Of a stretch of 64,000 bases of DNA, positions 36,482 to 47,187 are shown piece after piece. Numbering within the stretch: position 1 is the first letter of the stretch; each line of letters begins with the position of its first letter. The position numbers and the translations under genes were made by a program. The stretch lies in IMG/VR virus record IMGVR_UViG_3300030333_004588, positions 1 to 64,000 of that record; one strand, 5' to 3'. Below the pieces are notes generated by a model. It had not been told where the DNA came from. It saw only the letters and a list, made by a program, of their open reading frames with translations, and searched no databases. Source of the stretch: a virus.

Positions 36482-39223
36482 TTAGAAATTAATAGTCAAT
36501 CCAATATTTGCATATCGTGGTGTTCCTAAGAATACCTCTGCATTGTGAGCCAAGTGAAGTTTATCACCAAACCCATTGTATTTACTATTATCTACGGCAT
36601 CTTGTACGAATACTTCATCAAGTGCATTGAAGACATGTCCTGTTAAAGAAATGTCATATCCCTTGATTGGAAGTTTATATGATGCGTGTAAATCAAGTTT
36701 TGAGTAACCTGGGGCTTCCCAAACTTGTGCTCTGTCTGCAACTCCATCCTCAATCTCTCTTGCTGCTGGACTCCAATCAGAGTAGTTTTTATCATATGTT
36801 TTATACAACGCCTGTAATCTCAATCCTTTTACTGGTTTAAGAGTTAAACCTAAGATATAAGATGTTTGTGGCATATCACCTACATACAATCCATCAAGTG
36901 CATATCCATATTCGGTTGAAGTTTGTCCAATTACTTGTCCATCTTCATTATATTCCATTTCTTGGTAAGTACCATTGGCATCACCATCAAATGTCCATTT
37001 ACCAAATGATGCGATAAAATCAAGTTCTACCATATCGTGTGGATGAACTTTTGTTTCAAGTTCTACACCTGAGTGTTTTTGGTTTACACCTTTTAGGAAG
37101 ATAATATCAGTATCACCTGATGAACCTTGACCAGTCTCTACTGATTTAGTCAAGTTTCTATCTAACCAATCTGTGTTATATGCACTAACCCTAACACCAA
37201 GTTTATGTGCTTCGTAGTTTAAACCAACTTCATTTGCAATGAATTTTTCATTTGCAGGGTCGGTTGCTACGGTTCCATCATAGTAGATAACATTATCTAA
37301 TATAGGTGCCTTTTGGACATATCCACTATTAACGAATACTCCAAGATTATCACTTACATCATATAATGCACCACCTTTAACTTGATATGTTTGTATTGGG
37401 TCTGCAGTAATTACTTCATCCTCAATTGTAAAGTGGTCTTGATAAGAATACTGAATAGATGAAACTCCACCCATACCATATAGGTTTAATTTATCTGTAG
37501 TATAATTACCTTGTATGAAACCACCTAACCAATCTACGGTTGTTTCATTGTGATATGCAATGATATCACCTAAACGAACAACTTTACCATCAGGTGCGTT
37601 ATCATCGGCGAAATCTACATAGTAGTCTCCACCAAGTAAATCACGAACCTCACGAGCATGTTCAATTCCTGCTGTTCTCCAGTCTAAACCAACTTGTAGT
37701 TCTAAATTGTCATTTACATCATAGTTTAATTTAGAAATCAAACCATATGTGTTTTGACGATTAATAGAATTACGAAGTATACCTTTTGAACGAGCTTCAG
37801 TTTCAGAAAAATCAGCATCTATGTTATTAGAATTAACACTAATCGCTTCATTCCAATTCCATCCCCATGGTGAACTAGCCCACCAATTGTTTCCTTCAAC
37901 TGCTGGACTTCTGAAAGAAGAACCATAAGTTCCTGTTCCACCACCTGAACCACCACTCCAATAAAGAACTGAACTCAAACGAGTTTTATCATTTATTGTT
38001 AAAAAGTGATTTAAATTAACAAGTGGTTTATGAAAGAAGTTTTCTCTTTCGTTAAGGAAGTTAGGATTGTATCTATCGGTTGTTCTTGCACCATACATAT
38101 ACCAATATTGTTTACCTGTATATGATGGGTCAACAGGACCCCAGTTCTGATTGAAAAATCTACCAGCTTCATGTTCAAACTTATTACCCTCTGCGAAGGC
38201 ATCTGTATCGTATCCATCAATACTACCTGCCAACTCTTGAGAATAAGTTGCAATGTTCTGTTTGTATAGATTTTGTCCATGTCTTTGTGGAGCTCCGATG
38301 GCATATAATTCAAATCGTTGGTCTTCACTTACTGCATAACTACCACCAAAGTAGTATGCCCAAGCATCAGTCCAAGTTCCATCTATAATCCCATCACCAG
38401 TTTTACGAACAATCGTTCCACTCAAAGCCAACTTATCTCCAATGAGACCAGTATTATAGTTTAAGGTTGTTTTAAGAAAACCACCATCACCAGCTTCTTG
38501 TTTGAACTTTCCACCCTTTTCAAAAGATGTAGGGTCGGTTATGATATTCATGGTTCCACCAATTGATGGTGTGGCAAGATTTACAGCACTTAGTCCTCTT
38601 TGAACCTGTATAGATGCAGTTGCATCTCCTACTCCATCCCAATTAGACCAGTATACCCAACCATTTTCCATGTCGTTTTGTGGAACACCATTTATCATTA
38701 CTGCAACATTTCGTTGATTAAAACCACGAATGTTGATACGAGCATCACCCGCACCACCACCTTGTTGAGTTGCATATACACTTGGTGTAGTGTTAAGAAT
38801 CATTGGAATATCTTGTGAACCAAGTCTTACTTCCATTTCTTCTTTACTAACATTAGTGTAAGCAACGGGTGTAGTCTCAGATGCACGAGATGCTAACACC
38901 TCAACATCTGATAGAACAACTGCACCGACCTCTAATACAAAGTCAAGATTTGTTGTTCCTGTATCACCAATAACAACTGATTTAGTTATTGATGAATAGC
39001 CAATAAAAGAAGCAGTTACATCATATGTTCCTGTTGGAACTTCGTTGATTGTAAAAGCACCATCTGGATTAGTGGTTGCTCCTAAATCTGTTCCAACAAG
39101 GACAACATTTGCCCCTTCAAGTGGCATTGAGTTAGTACCCCATACGGTTCCTACTACATTTTGTGAAAACAATGTAGTAATCATCATAAGTGATACCATT
39201 AGATTACGATATTTCATAATCAT
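36482..39223 (-). CDS. TonB-dependent outer-membrane receptor with N-terminal carboxypeptidase-regulatory-like domain
   Basis: Signal peptide; PLEGANV...GTYDVTASFIGY; plug IRGF...INGVP...IQVQRG...GGTMNIIT; beta-barrel; terminal Phe. Confidence 0.92.
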   Translation of the reverse strand: MIMKYRNLMVSLMMITTLFSQNVVGTVWGTNSMPLEGANVVLVGTDLGATTNPDGAFTINEVPTGTYDVTASFIGYSSITKSVVIGDTGTTNLDFVLEVGAVVLSDVEVLASRASETTPVAYTNVSKEEMEVRLGSQDIPMILNTTPSVYATQQGGGAGDARINIRGFNQRNVAVMINGVPQNDMENGWVYWSNWDGVGDATASIQVQRGLSAVNLATPSIGGTMNIITDPTSFEKGGKFKQEAGDGGFLKTTLNYNTGLIGDKLALSGTIVRKTGDGIIDGTWTDAWAYYFGGSYAVSEDQRFELYAIGAPQRHGQNLYKQNIATYSQELAGSIDGYDTDAFAEGNKFEHEAGRFFNQNWGPVDPSYTGKQYWYMYGARTTDRYNPNFLNERENFFHKPLVNLNHFLTINDKTRLSSVLYWSGGSGGGTGTYGSSFRSPAVEGNNWWASSPWGWNWNEAISVNSNNIDADFSETEARSKGILRNSINRQNTYGLISKLNYDVNDNLELQVGLDWRTAGIEHAREVRDLLGGDYYVDFADDNAPDGKVVRLGDIIAYHNETTVDWLGGFIQGNYTTDKLNLYGMGGVSSIQYSYQDHFTIEDEVITADPIQTYQVKGGALYDVSDNLGVFVNSGYVQKAPILDNVIYYDGTVATDPANEKFIANEVGLNYEAHKLGVRVSAYNTDWLDRNLTKSVETGQGSSGDTDIIFLKGVNQKHSGVELETKVHPHDMVELDFIASFGKWTFDGDANGTYQEMEYNEDGQVIGQTSTEYGYALDGLYVGDMPQTSYILGLTLKPVKGLRLQALYKTYDKNYSDWSPAAREIEDGVADRAQVWEAPGYSKLDLHASYKLPIKGYDISLTGHVFNALDEVFVQDAVDNSKYNGFGDKLHLAHNAEVFLGTPRYANIGLTINF

Positions 39224-39247
39224 CTCCTTGTTTGTTTACTTGTGAAC

Positions 39248-39280
39248 GGCACATTTTTATTCTGGTGTGCCTTCTGCCAG
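39248..39280 (-). promoter_or_regulatory. Putative H-type pseudoknot in the nrdJ-TBDR spacer
   Basis: CUGG-CAGAA-GGCACA-CCAG-AAUAAAAA-UGUGCC: two interleaved stems and an A-rich loop 3. Confidence 0.45.
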
Positions 39281-39292
39281 GGTATGTGAAAT

Positions 39293-41305
39293 TTAATTTG
39301 CATACTCTTGGTCGTCATTATCTCCTGTCAAACTCGGTACCTCACAAGAGTCATTATTACAAAATTTATCTATCTCTGCCTCTTCATTTTTAATAACACC
39401 AAAAGATAATTTACCAAGTTTTTTGATTTGTTTCTTATAAACTTTTTCATCAATAGATTCATATGGCATTTGTGGATATGCTCCCCAATCATGTCTTGGT
39501 AGTAAACTGATACCTTTCAAATGATATTGGAAATAATTCAATACATTTGGTATTTCATGTCCCTCTTTCTCTGGGTCAAATGTTACTGTACAACTTACTT
39601 GGTTATCTGCCCAATGTCTTTGTAGGAAAGATGCTATACTAAATTGTTCCCATATAGAAAGTTCAGATGCAGTTCTAATTCCCTCACCAACATCAACTGG
39701 TATCTCAACCACTAATGTTGAATCTTCTGAACCGAAGGCAGGTTCAATTTTGTAACCTGCCTTCTTCAATGGTTCTACTAAATCGGAATTAATTGATAGT
39801 CTAATTCTTCTAATATAAAATCTTGATTCTGGATAGTGTAGTCCTGGTGTTGCCCCCGCTAACAATGATACGGTTCCACTTGGTTTTACTGATGTAGTCT
39901 TGATTGACTTTGGAATAGCAAACCAATCACTATATACTTTATCCCAATCTTGTATTGTGTCATAACCTGCTTCTAACCAATTTTGTAATTCATTTAATCC
40001 ACGATTTGTAATGAATTGTGCAACTCCACTTACAGAACATCCTATTCTTCTGTTTCTTAACATCACTCTATTAGTATCTGCCCAATGTGTTCTTCCAAGT
40101 GTTACGGTTTTTGCATATAAATATGCATATTTTAATGTTCTTTGATAGTCCTCTAATGAATCATGATTATCTGGAAATGTTTCTACTAAACAACATAATT
40201 CATAACTTTCTAATGTTTGTTCCAAACAAGGATTACCACCAGCCGCTCTATGGTCTTTATCATCTCCACCATTCTTCATTCTTGAATAATGTCTCATATT
40301 ATCTAACCATGCTAATCCTGGTTCACCATTGTCTACAATTCTCTTTGATACTTCTGTATAATCCATACCTAACTCTGCAAATATTGAATTGTTTGAAGTC
40401 CAACCATATTGGTCTCTATGTGGATTAACTTTATAATTCTTTAAATCTAAATATTCTTCTGAATCTGAATCACCAAATACAATCTCTGCAGTTCTTCTAA
40501 CATTACCTGCCACAACACACTTACCGATTAAATTCATAATATCTACGATGGTTGTGATTGTGATTGGATTACCACTATTCTTCTCTAATACTTTTCTAAT
40601 ATCTTCGTGAACTTCTTCTAATGGTTCTGGTCCTGAAGATAATCCACCAAAACCTTTGATTGGTTCTCCTGCACCTCTTATTTCTGAATAATCAAAGTTT
40701 ACTTCTGCCTGACCATGAAAATAACTTTCTAATAATAATCTCATGGATTCAACCCAACCCTCACGAGTGTCTGGTATTACAAACATAGTTCCTCGTGTTT
40801 TATCAACACCTTTAACTATAATTTCTCCTGCTCCTTTGGTATCAAATCCTACACCAACACCTAACATTGAGGCATCCATTAAAAAACAAAAAGGTTTTGA
40901 ATAATCTTCTTTAATTGTTTCTGTAGAAACGAATGCACAATTATTTAATGCAGCATACAATCCTTTTTCTTCGGTGATTGGTGTTCCCATAGCCCACAAA
41001 CCACGACCTGGTGGTAAGAACTTCATATTGAAAATTCTATCATACATATCTTGTGCTGACTTTTGTGCTTGCCAAGGATTCCAACCTAACTGATGTGATT
41101 CAATCCAATTCATTTGCATTGAGTAGGTTCCCTCTACAACTCTCTGAACGGTTTCCCACCATCTTTCGTTTTTACCATTGTCTTTAATACGAGAATATGT
41201 TCTCATATAAACTAATTCACCTAACCCATTAAAACCGAAAGGTGGTTTCTTTCTTTTGTATTTTGAAACAAAATTATCTGATAACTTGAACTTGTGTTTT
41301 CCCAT
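39293..41305 (-). CDS. nrdJ: Class II (adenosylcobalamin-dependent) ribonucleotide reductase
   Basis: PPGRGLW, NNCAF, NPCLEQ, KPSGTVS, C-terminal CxxxxC. Confidence 0.92.
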   Translation of the reverse strand: MGKHKFKLSDNFVSKYKRKKPPFGFNGLGELVYMRTYSRIKDNGKNERWWETVQRVVEGTYSMQMNWIESHQLGWNPWQAQKSAQDMYDRIFNMKFLPPGRGLWAMGTPITEEKGLYAALNNCAFVSTETIKEDYSKPFCFLMDASMLGVGVGFDTKGAGEIIVKGVDKTRGTMFVIPDTREGWVESMRLLLESYFHGQAEVNFDYSEIRGAGEPIKGFGGLSSGPEPLEEVHEDIRKVLEKNSGNPITITTIVDIMNLIGKCVVAGNVRRTAEIVFGDSDSEEYLDLKNYKVNPHRDQYGWTSNNSIFAELGMDYTEVSKRIVDNGEPGLAWLDNMRHYSRMKNGGDDKDHRAAGGNPCLEQTLESYELCCLVETFPDNHDSLEDYQRTLKYAYLYAKTVTLGRTHWADTNRVMLRNRRIGCSVSGVAQFITNRGLNELQNWLEAGYDTIQDWDKVYSDWFAIPKSIKTTSVKPSGTVSLLAGATPGLHYPESRFYIRRIRLSINSDLVEPLKKAGYKIEPAFGSEDSTLVVEIPVDVGEGIRTASELSIWEQFSIASFLQRHWADNQVSCTVTFDPEKEGHEIPNVLNYFQYHLKGISLLPRHDWGAYPQMPYESIDEKVYKKQIKKLGKLSFGVIKNEEAEIDKFCNNDSCEVPSLTGDNDDQEYAN

Positions 41306-41422
41306 TTGAAACTAACTCCTATTTTTGATTCTTTATCGTCCCAATATAACTATAATATATATTAAGAATAAGGGCACATTTATTATTTTTTTAGAAGTTT
41401 TAAAAAGATTTTCTTTGAAGTT

Positions 41423-42790
41423 TTATTCAAACCCATCATTGTCAAAATCTTTCTTCTTCTGTGCCAATGTCTTACGAATGTATTCATCAGCATTATTCAT
41501 TTTACCTTGAACTTCCTTACCACCTTGTGTGTTACTTTCATAAATCTGAATGTATCCTGTATTAGTATTTATGGTTGCTGGGAATGTGATACCATCTGGA
41601 CCAAATCTATTTTTGATAACATGAAATCTACCTGTGTTTGCAATCTTGTCTTCTACTTTTCTACTCATACTCATAACAAAATCTGAAGTCATAACTTTAC
41701 TATAATCTTCACTAACTTTCTCTGCACCAATTACATCTTCCTCTAATGATGAACGATTTGCCTGTGATGCAGTCCATATTGGAATATCAAACTCACCTGC
41801 CATACCACGAAGTTCTTCATATACATGACCTATCTGATGTCGTTTCTCATTGAAGTGTTGTGTAGATTTCATAATGTCTGCATAATCAACAATAACTAAA
41901 TCAGGTTTGATACCTTGTAGTTCACATTGTTGTAAGTGTGCAGTTAATGTGTTTACACTTGCAGTTCTTGTTGGATAATATTTGATAATCAGATTACCCT
42001 TTAACTGATTAATTTTCTTTAATACTTCTTCTTTATAATATTGTAAGTTTCCAGTTGGTTGTCCTGATACAATCGTATCATATCTTAATCCAACATACTG
42101 AGCATTTAACTCTAATGTATAATGAATCACGGTCATACCTTTTTTAACTGCATGTGCACCGATTGCCTGTAGTGTCCACGATTTACCAATACCAGCAGGT
42201 GCAACTACAACTCCAAGTTCACCACCTGCCAATCCACCATCCATTAAATCATTAATACTATCCCATTGAGTTGGTAATGTCTCTCTTGTTTGTTGTGTCA
42301 TTCTTTCTTCAAAACCTGTAATGTATTCATGTCCGATATCTCTTTCAACACCTGCAGTCATTGCATTATCTATAACACTTTTTATCTCATCATATTTTTG
42401 ACTATCAAGTAATTCAACTGATTCCATAATGGCACTTTTTATAACTTGATTCTTACAAAACTCAAGAGATTTCTCTTTGACAAATTCTAAGTCTGGGTCT
42501 TCTCTATGTTGCCATGCATTCCTCAACGAATCAACTATACTCGTTTTTAATACATCATTCTCTACATCATCAATCACCACTTTTAATGCTTCCATTGTTG
42601 GTGGTGTTTTGTATTTTTTAAAATAATCAACGATTGATTTTACAAGAAATTTGTTTGAATCAGAATCAAAATAACTAACCTCTAAAATGTCACCAATAGT
42701 TTTAATAAACTTAGTATCAACTATTAAAGAAGTAATAATTTTACTCTGAAAAGATGTTCCATATTTAATTAAAGATTCACTCATAACCAA
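41423..42790 (-). CDS. Replicative DnaB-like helicase (gp41)
   Basis: APAGIGKS, LE, VDYAD, ASQANR, KNRFG. Confidence 0.92.
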   Translation of the reverse strand: MVMSESLIKYGTSFQSKIITSLIVDTKFIKTIGDILEVSYFDSDSNKFLVKSIVDYFKKYKTPPTMEALKVVIDDVENDVLKTSIVDSLRNAWQHREDPDLEFVKEKSLEFCKNQVIKSAIMESVELLDSQKYDEIKSVIDNAMTAGVERDIGHEYITGFEERMTQQTRETLPTQWDSINDLMDGGLAGGELGVVVAPAGIGKSWTLQAIGAHAVKKGMTVIHYTLELNAQYVGLRYDTIVSGQPTGNLQYYKEEVLKKINQLKGNLIIKYYPTRTASVNTLTAHLQQCELQGIKPDLVIVDYADIMKSTQHFNEKRHQIGHVYEELRGMAGEFDIPIWTASQANRSSLEEDVIGAEKVSEDYSKVMTSDFVMSMSRKVEDKIANTGRFHVIKNRFGPDGITFPATINTNTGYIQIYESNTQGGKEVQGKMNNADEYIRKTLAQKKKDFDNDGFE

Positions 42791-42799
42791 TTATAATTA

Positions 42800-43933
42800 T
42801 CATTTAGTTTTCGGAAAAACACGATTTATTTTATCATTATAGTTTTTTATTTCCATATAATTTCCACTTCGTGTTCCCATAAATTTTAAAATATTATTTA
42901 ATTCTATTTTTGTTTTTTCTGTTACATTATCCATATTTTTTTCAAAGGTATTTATAACCTTAAACTTATCTCTCTCTTGTAAATTCTGTATACATATACC
43001 ATCAGGTGCCCATGCATAATGAAATGATATATCATCAGTACTCTCAATAATACCTAAATCAAGGAATTGTTCAATTGATTCAAATATGTGATGTATGTTA
43101 TATGTGGATACGGTATATTGAATTCCATAGTGAATATCATTATCTTTTAGTTTTTGTATATTACTTACAAACTTTTTATGATTAAAACCAACTCTGATAT
43201 ACTCACCCAAATCGTAAAGTCCATCACAAGATACTGCAATGTATATGGTTCCCTTTTCTTTAATCTTATTCCAATACTTAAATAATGATTCTTCTTGATA
43301 TTTTAATGTAGATAAGTTTGTATTATAATGTAAATGTAATTTCAATTCTTTATCAGTAACAAATTTAAGTATATCCATGTGTTCAGGCATTATCAATGGT
43401 TCTCCACCTGCAAAATATATTTTATTAAGTTTATCTAAATGTCCTTTTAAATTTTGAATAAAATTATTTTTTACTTTTATTACTTTATTTGTATCTGGGG
43501 ATAATCCACCCATTAACATTTCAGGTTCATACCAAGATGACGAGAAATCATGACAACATGTTCTACATTTAAAATTACATTGATTAGAAAATCTAATATC
43601 TATATACTGAAACTCTAATGGAACTTCACCATCGGTAGTTTCTGGTATTTCAAATTCATTATTCTGTGGTTCTAAAAATCCTTGTCGTGCACTTATCTCA
43701 CCTCTATCTTCTGCAAGATAACAAATATCACATAACTTATTTCTTTCCCCATTTAACATATCAACACGAAGTTTTTTCATTTCTTCTGAGTTGAATACCT
43801 CATCTATTGTTTCATTATTTAAATTATGTGTGTATATAGTCTCTGCTATACAACAGGGTTTAACATGTCCTGATGGTTGTGCATATAAATGAACGAATGG
43901 TAAGGGACAAAATGTTTTACTTGTTTTACTCAC
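42800..43933 (-). CDS. Twitch-domain radical SAM protein
   Basis: N-terminal CPLPF...KPCC...CDIC, then CNFKCRTC and AGGEP. Confidence 0.85.
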   Translation of the reverse strand: MSKTSKTFCPLPFVHLYAQPSGHVKPCCIAETIYTHNLNNETIDEVFNSEEMKKLRVDMLNGERNKLCDICYLAEDRGEISARQGFLEPQNNEFEIPETTDGEVPLEFQYIDIRFSNQCNFKCRTCCHDFSSSWYEPEMLMGGLSPDTNKVIKVKNNFIQNLKGHLDKLNKIYFAGGEPLIMPEHMDILKFVTDKELKLHLHYNTNLSTLKYQEESLFKYWNKIKEKGTIYIAVSCDGLYDLGEYIRVGFNHKKFVSNIQKLKDNDIHYGIQYTVSTYNIHHIFESIEQFLDLGIIESTDDISFHYAWAPDGICIQNLQERDKFKVINTFEKNMDNVTEKTKIELNNILKFMGTRSGNYMEIKNYNDKINRVFPKTK

Positions 43934-44115
43934 TCAATGTTCCCATACATATCTTGCACTTTCTTATCATAAAATTCTTTTCTTTTTTTCTCACGATATT
44001 TTTGACGAGCCTTTGCCTTTATTTCTTCTGCATTTCTTTTATAATGTTCCATTTGCCATCTTCTTTGGGCGTCTCGTTTTTCTTTATCCGAGAAATATTT
44101 TCTTTTTCTACCCAT
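43930..44115 (-). CDS. Small basic helical protein
   Basis: ORF track; overlapping start/stop codons. Confidence 0.5.
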   Translation of the reverse strand: MGRKRKYFSDKEKRDAQRRWQMEHYKRNAEEIKAKARQKYREKKRKEFYDKKVQDMYGNIE

Positions 44116-45172
44116 GGGTTTTCTCCGCCATAAAATTTAATCTATTAAATGTATTTGCTAACCAACTATTTAGATTAGGTAAGGCAGTATACATTTTATC
44201 TTCAAGAAACATTTTTTGAAATTTATGTTTTATTATTCTTTGGATTGGTTGTGATGTAATATTTTGTACTTTTAATTTACTATTACCTGACATAATACCA
44301 TCATCTAAATCCATCAATCTTCTATTAAGGAAAATTTTATCTCTTTCATCTACCATATTTTCACACAACTTATATTGTGTCTTTTTAGTATCAGCACTTT
44401 TTAATAAATCTTCAATTGTATATTGATGTGGTTCTCCCAACCAAGGAAACATTTTCAATAATGTTTTAATACCAGCACCTTTGATACCTGGTATACTATC
44501 TGACTTATCACCATCTAAAACTCTGAATAAAAGAAAGTTTTTTGGATGTATACCATATTCCTCTAAAACTCTCTCTTGATTATACATTAACTTTTTAGTT
44601 GGTGAGTAAACTTGAATTCTGTCATCTATTAATTGTAAGAAATCTTTATCAGTAGACATAATGGTGACTTTATCTTTAAATACATGTTTACTACAATAAC
44701 CAATGACATCATCTGCCTCTATATTATCTATATTGATTATTGTTAATGGTAAACATTCAAGATATTCCACAACACGATTTAACTGATGAACCATCATTCG
44801 TTGTTCATCTTCACGAGTTAAGAAATCATGTGCACGATTTAAACGATGAGACATCTTTCGTCCCATTTTGTATTGTGGAAATATTTTTCTACGGCGGTTA
44901 GACCCACCTTTACCATCAAAAACTATAATGGTTCGTGTAGGTCTAACCATATTGATTGTGTAAGCCAATGACCTTAAAAAACCAACTATTCCACCAATGT
45001 GAACCCCATCATCATTAGTAGTTGGTATTGCTGAAAACACTCTAATAAAGGTGTTCAGTCCATCTATAAGTAAAACCGAGTCATTTGGTTTTCCACTATC
45101 TATTTTACCGCCAGATTTTTTAATCTCTTCAAGTATTGAAAGATATCTCTGCTTAGTCACCGAGAACCTCAT
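44108..45172 (-). CDS. 5'-3' exonuclease / RNase H (T4 rnh-like)
   Basis: IDGLN, FDG, EADD, STDKDFLQL, GDKSDSIPG. Confidence 0.92.
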   Translation of the reverse strand: MRFSVTKQRYLSILEEIKKSGGKIDSGKPNDSVLLIDGLNTFIRVFSAIPTTNDDGVHIGGIVGFLRSLAYTINMVRPTRTIIVFDGKGGSNRRRKIFPQYKMGRKMSHRLNRAHDFLTREDEQRMMVHQLNRVVEYLECLPLTIINIDNIEADDVIGYCSKHVFKDKVTIMSTDKDFLQLIDDRIQVYSPTKKLMYNQERVLEEYGIHPKNFLLFRVLDGDKSDSIPGIKGAGIKTLLKMFPWLGEPHQYTIEDLLKSADTKKTQYKLCENMVDERDKIFLNRRLMDLDDGIMSGNSKLKVQNITSQPIQRIIKHKFQKMFLEDKMYTALPNLNSWLANTFNRLNFMAEKTHG

Positions 45173-46250
45173 CTGTAAATTCTACATCATCAATACCAAG
45201 TTTTTCCTTGTATTGTAATATAACCTTTTCACAAATGAGATTGTATATGTATTCTCGTAACTCTTCATTCTTAGAAATTAACTCTTCCCAATCTTTTGAT
45301 TGGAATTTATGTTCTTTTCCATCTTGGTCAACAAGAGTATACCATGCACCACCAACCTTAACTAATTTATGTTCTTTAAGAACGGTCAACCATGCACCAT
45401 AATTATCAATACCTCTATCAAAATACATGTCATAATCTGCATGTCTCAAAGGTGGGCCTAAACGATTCTTAATAATCTGTGCTCTACACTTCATACCAAG
45501 AACATTCTTTGCACTATCTTTGATTTGCCCCATATTCTTTAAACGAATACGAGTTGATGAATGAAATGGTAATGCCTTTCCACCACTTGTTGTCCAAGGG
45601 TCTCCAAACATTACTCCAAGTTTTTGTCTTAATTGATTTGTAAATACGAGAGCTATTTTTTCTCTACCGATGAGTTGAGTGATTTTTCTCATTGCCTTTG
45701 ATATAATGATTGCCTTGGCTGTTGCCCAACCATCTTTATCAAAATCTGCCTCTAACTCTACTTTAGTAGATGCGGCTGCAAGTGAATCAACCAAGATAGT
45801 TACCATTCTATCTTTATCACTTTCTCTTACCTTAGTTACAATTTCTTCAATTGCCTCAAAGATATCCTCTACGGTTTCTAAGTGTAAGTATAACATTTTA
45901 TTTAAGTCTAAACCAATCACTTCCATAAACTCTTGTGAAACTGAAGTCTCAGTATCTATATAAACTGCTACTCCACCTTTCTTTTGAGTTTCTGCAAGGA
46001 TGTGTGCACCAAGTAATGATTTACCACTTGATTCTAATCCATTGATTTCTGTAATTCTACCAACTGCGATTCCACCATTTGGACGATTTGAAATCGCCAA
46101 GTCTAACATACTACTACCTGTAGAAATAAACTCTTTTATGTCTGTAGGTGTAGTGTCACTCCCATCCAAAAAGTATGCAACTTTAGTATCTTTAAACTTC
46201 TTGTTTAGACTATTTGCCAAAGTGTCGGCCAATACATCATTTACTGACAT
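45153..46250 (-). CDS. uvsX: RecA/UvsX recombinase
   Basis: GLESSGKS, DSLAA, NQLR, TSGGKALPF. Confidence 0.93.
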   Translation of the reverse strand: MSVNDVLADTLANSLNKKFKDTKVAYFLDGSDTTPTDIKEFISTGSSMLDLAISNRPNGGIAVGRITEINGLESSGKSLLGAHILAETQKKGGVAVYIDTETSVSQEFMEVIGLDLNKMLYLHLETVEDIFEAIEEIVTKVRESDKDRMVTILVDSLAAASTKVELEADFDKDGWATAKAIIISKAMRKITQLIGREKIALVFTNQLRQKLGVMFGDPWTTSGGKALPFHSSTRIRLKNMGQIKDSAKNVLGMKCRAQIIKNRLGPPLRHADYDMYFDRGIDNYGAWLTVLKEHKLVKVGGAWYTLVDQDGKEHKFQSKDWEELISKNEELREYIYNLICEKVILQYKEKLGIDDVEFTDEVLGD

Positions 46251-46271
46251 TCATTTCTCCTATCATTAATA

Positions 46272-46296
46272 ATGGGAGCCAATATATGACTCCCAT
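46272..46296 (-). terminator. Stem-loop between gp32 and uvsX
   Basis: ATGGGAG...CTCCCAT inverted repeat; weak U tail. Confidence 0.4.
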
Positions 46297-46309
46297 ATAT
46301 TGTTATTGT

Positions 46310-47074
46310 TTATGAATTAAATAATTCATCAAAAGCTTCTGAAGTGTCTTTCACTTTGGAAGACTCTAAATCAGCACTTGTTACGGTATCTTTTTCTTCA
46401 TTATCATTTGATTCTGTATCGTCTTCTTCTGATGGATTTAACCATTCATTCAATACACCTGATAAATCATCATAAGATAACTCTTGATAAATTTCACGAA
46501 TGTCTTGTTGTTCTTTGACCTTTTCCAAAATTTCAGGTTCATCTGAAATTGGTGTTTGATTAGGTTTTACTCTAATCTTTGTTGTAGGGAAACTCGCTCC
46601 AGTTTCCTCTGCAGATATGAACTCAACAACAACATCACGACCATTAACTGGGTCTGTTATGTCACCATAATCAGGGTCAGCAATTACTGAAAGAAGTTCT
46701 TGGTATACGGTTTTACCGAATCCCCAAAACTTTACTCCTGCCTTTTCCTCACCTCTAACGATGACTGGTGCAAAAGTTCTCATTTTTGCCTCTAATTTAC
46801 GAGCCAATTGATAATCTTCTTTATTACCACTTCCACGAAGTTTCTGTGCAAACTCTTCAATCGGGTCTGGTCTACCAAAGGATATTGGTGAAAGATATGA
46901 ACGATTGTTAAGATTGTAGTGGAAAAATAACTCAATAAAAGGATTGTCTTTATTGAATGAATAAGGTACGATTCTTATTTGAGTTTTACCTGGTTGTGGT
47001 TTCCAAAGACTTGATGTTCTGTTGTTTGTAGTTTGAAGTTGTGATAACCTCTTACGAATAGCATTTAAGTCCAT
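46310..47074 (-). CDS. Single-stranded DNA-binding protein (gp32-like)
   Basis: LWKP...IRIVP, FGKTVY, DPVNGRD; acidic tail ending FDELF. Confidence 0.85.
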   Translation of the reverse strand: MDLNAIRKRLSQLQTTNNRTSSLWKPQPGKTQIRIVPYSFNKDNPFIELFFHYNLNNRSYLSPISFGRPDPIEEFAQKLRGSGNKEDYQLARKLEAKMRTFAPVIVRGEEKAGVKFWGFGKTVYQELLSVIADPDYGDITDPVNGRDVVVEFISAEETGASFPTTKIRVKPNQTPISDEPEILEKVKEQQDIREIYQELSYDDLSGVLNEWLNPSEEDDTESNDNEEKDTVTSADLESSKVKDTSEAFDELFNS

Positions 47075-47187
47075 TATTTATCTCCTATTAATTTATATTC
47101 ATTGTTCAATTTATAATCAAGTGTAACCTTGATACATTAATAAGTATAAGATATATTTGTAAAAAACGGATTTATTTTTATTTTTCG

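Noticed and set aside
39224-39292. Canonical cobalamin riboswitch before the TBDR
   Set aside because: The spacer is only 69 nt and has no recognisable B12 box; only a small pseudoknot is supportable.
39255-39295. Stop-codon readthrough fusing nrdJ to the TBDR
   Set aside because: Another in-frame TAA follows 12 codons later, and the TBDR has its own RBS and signal peptide.
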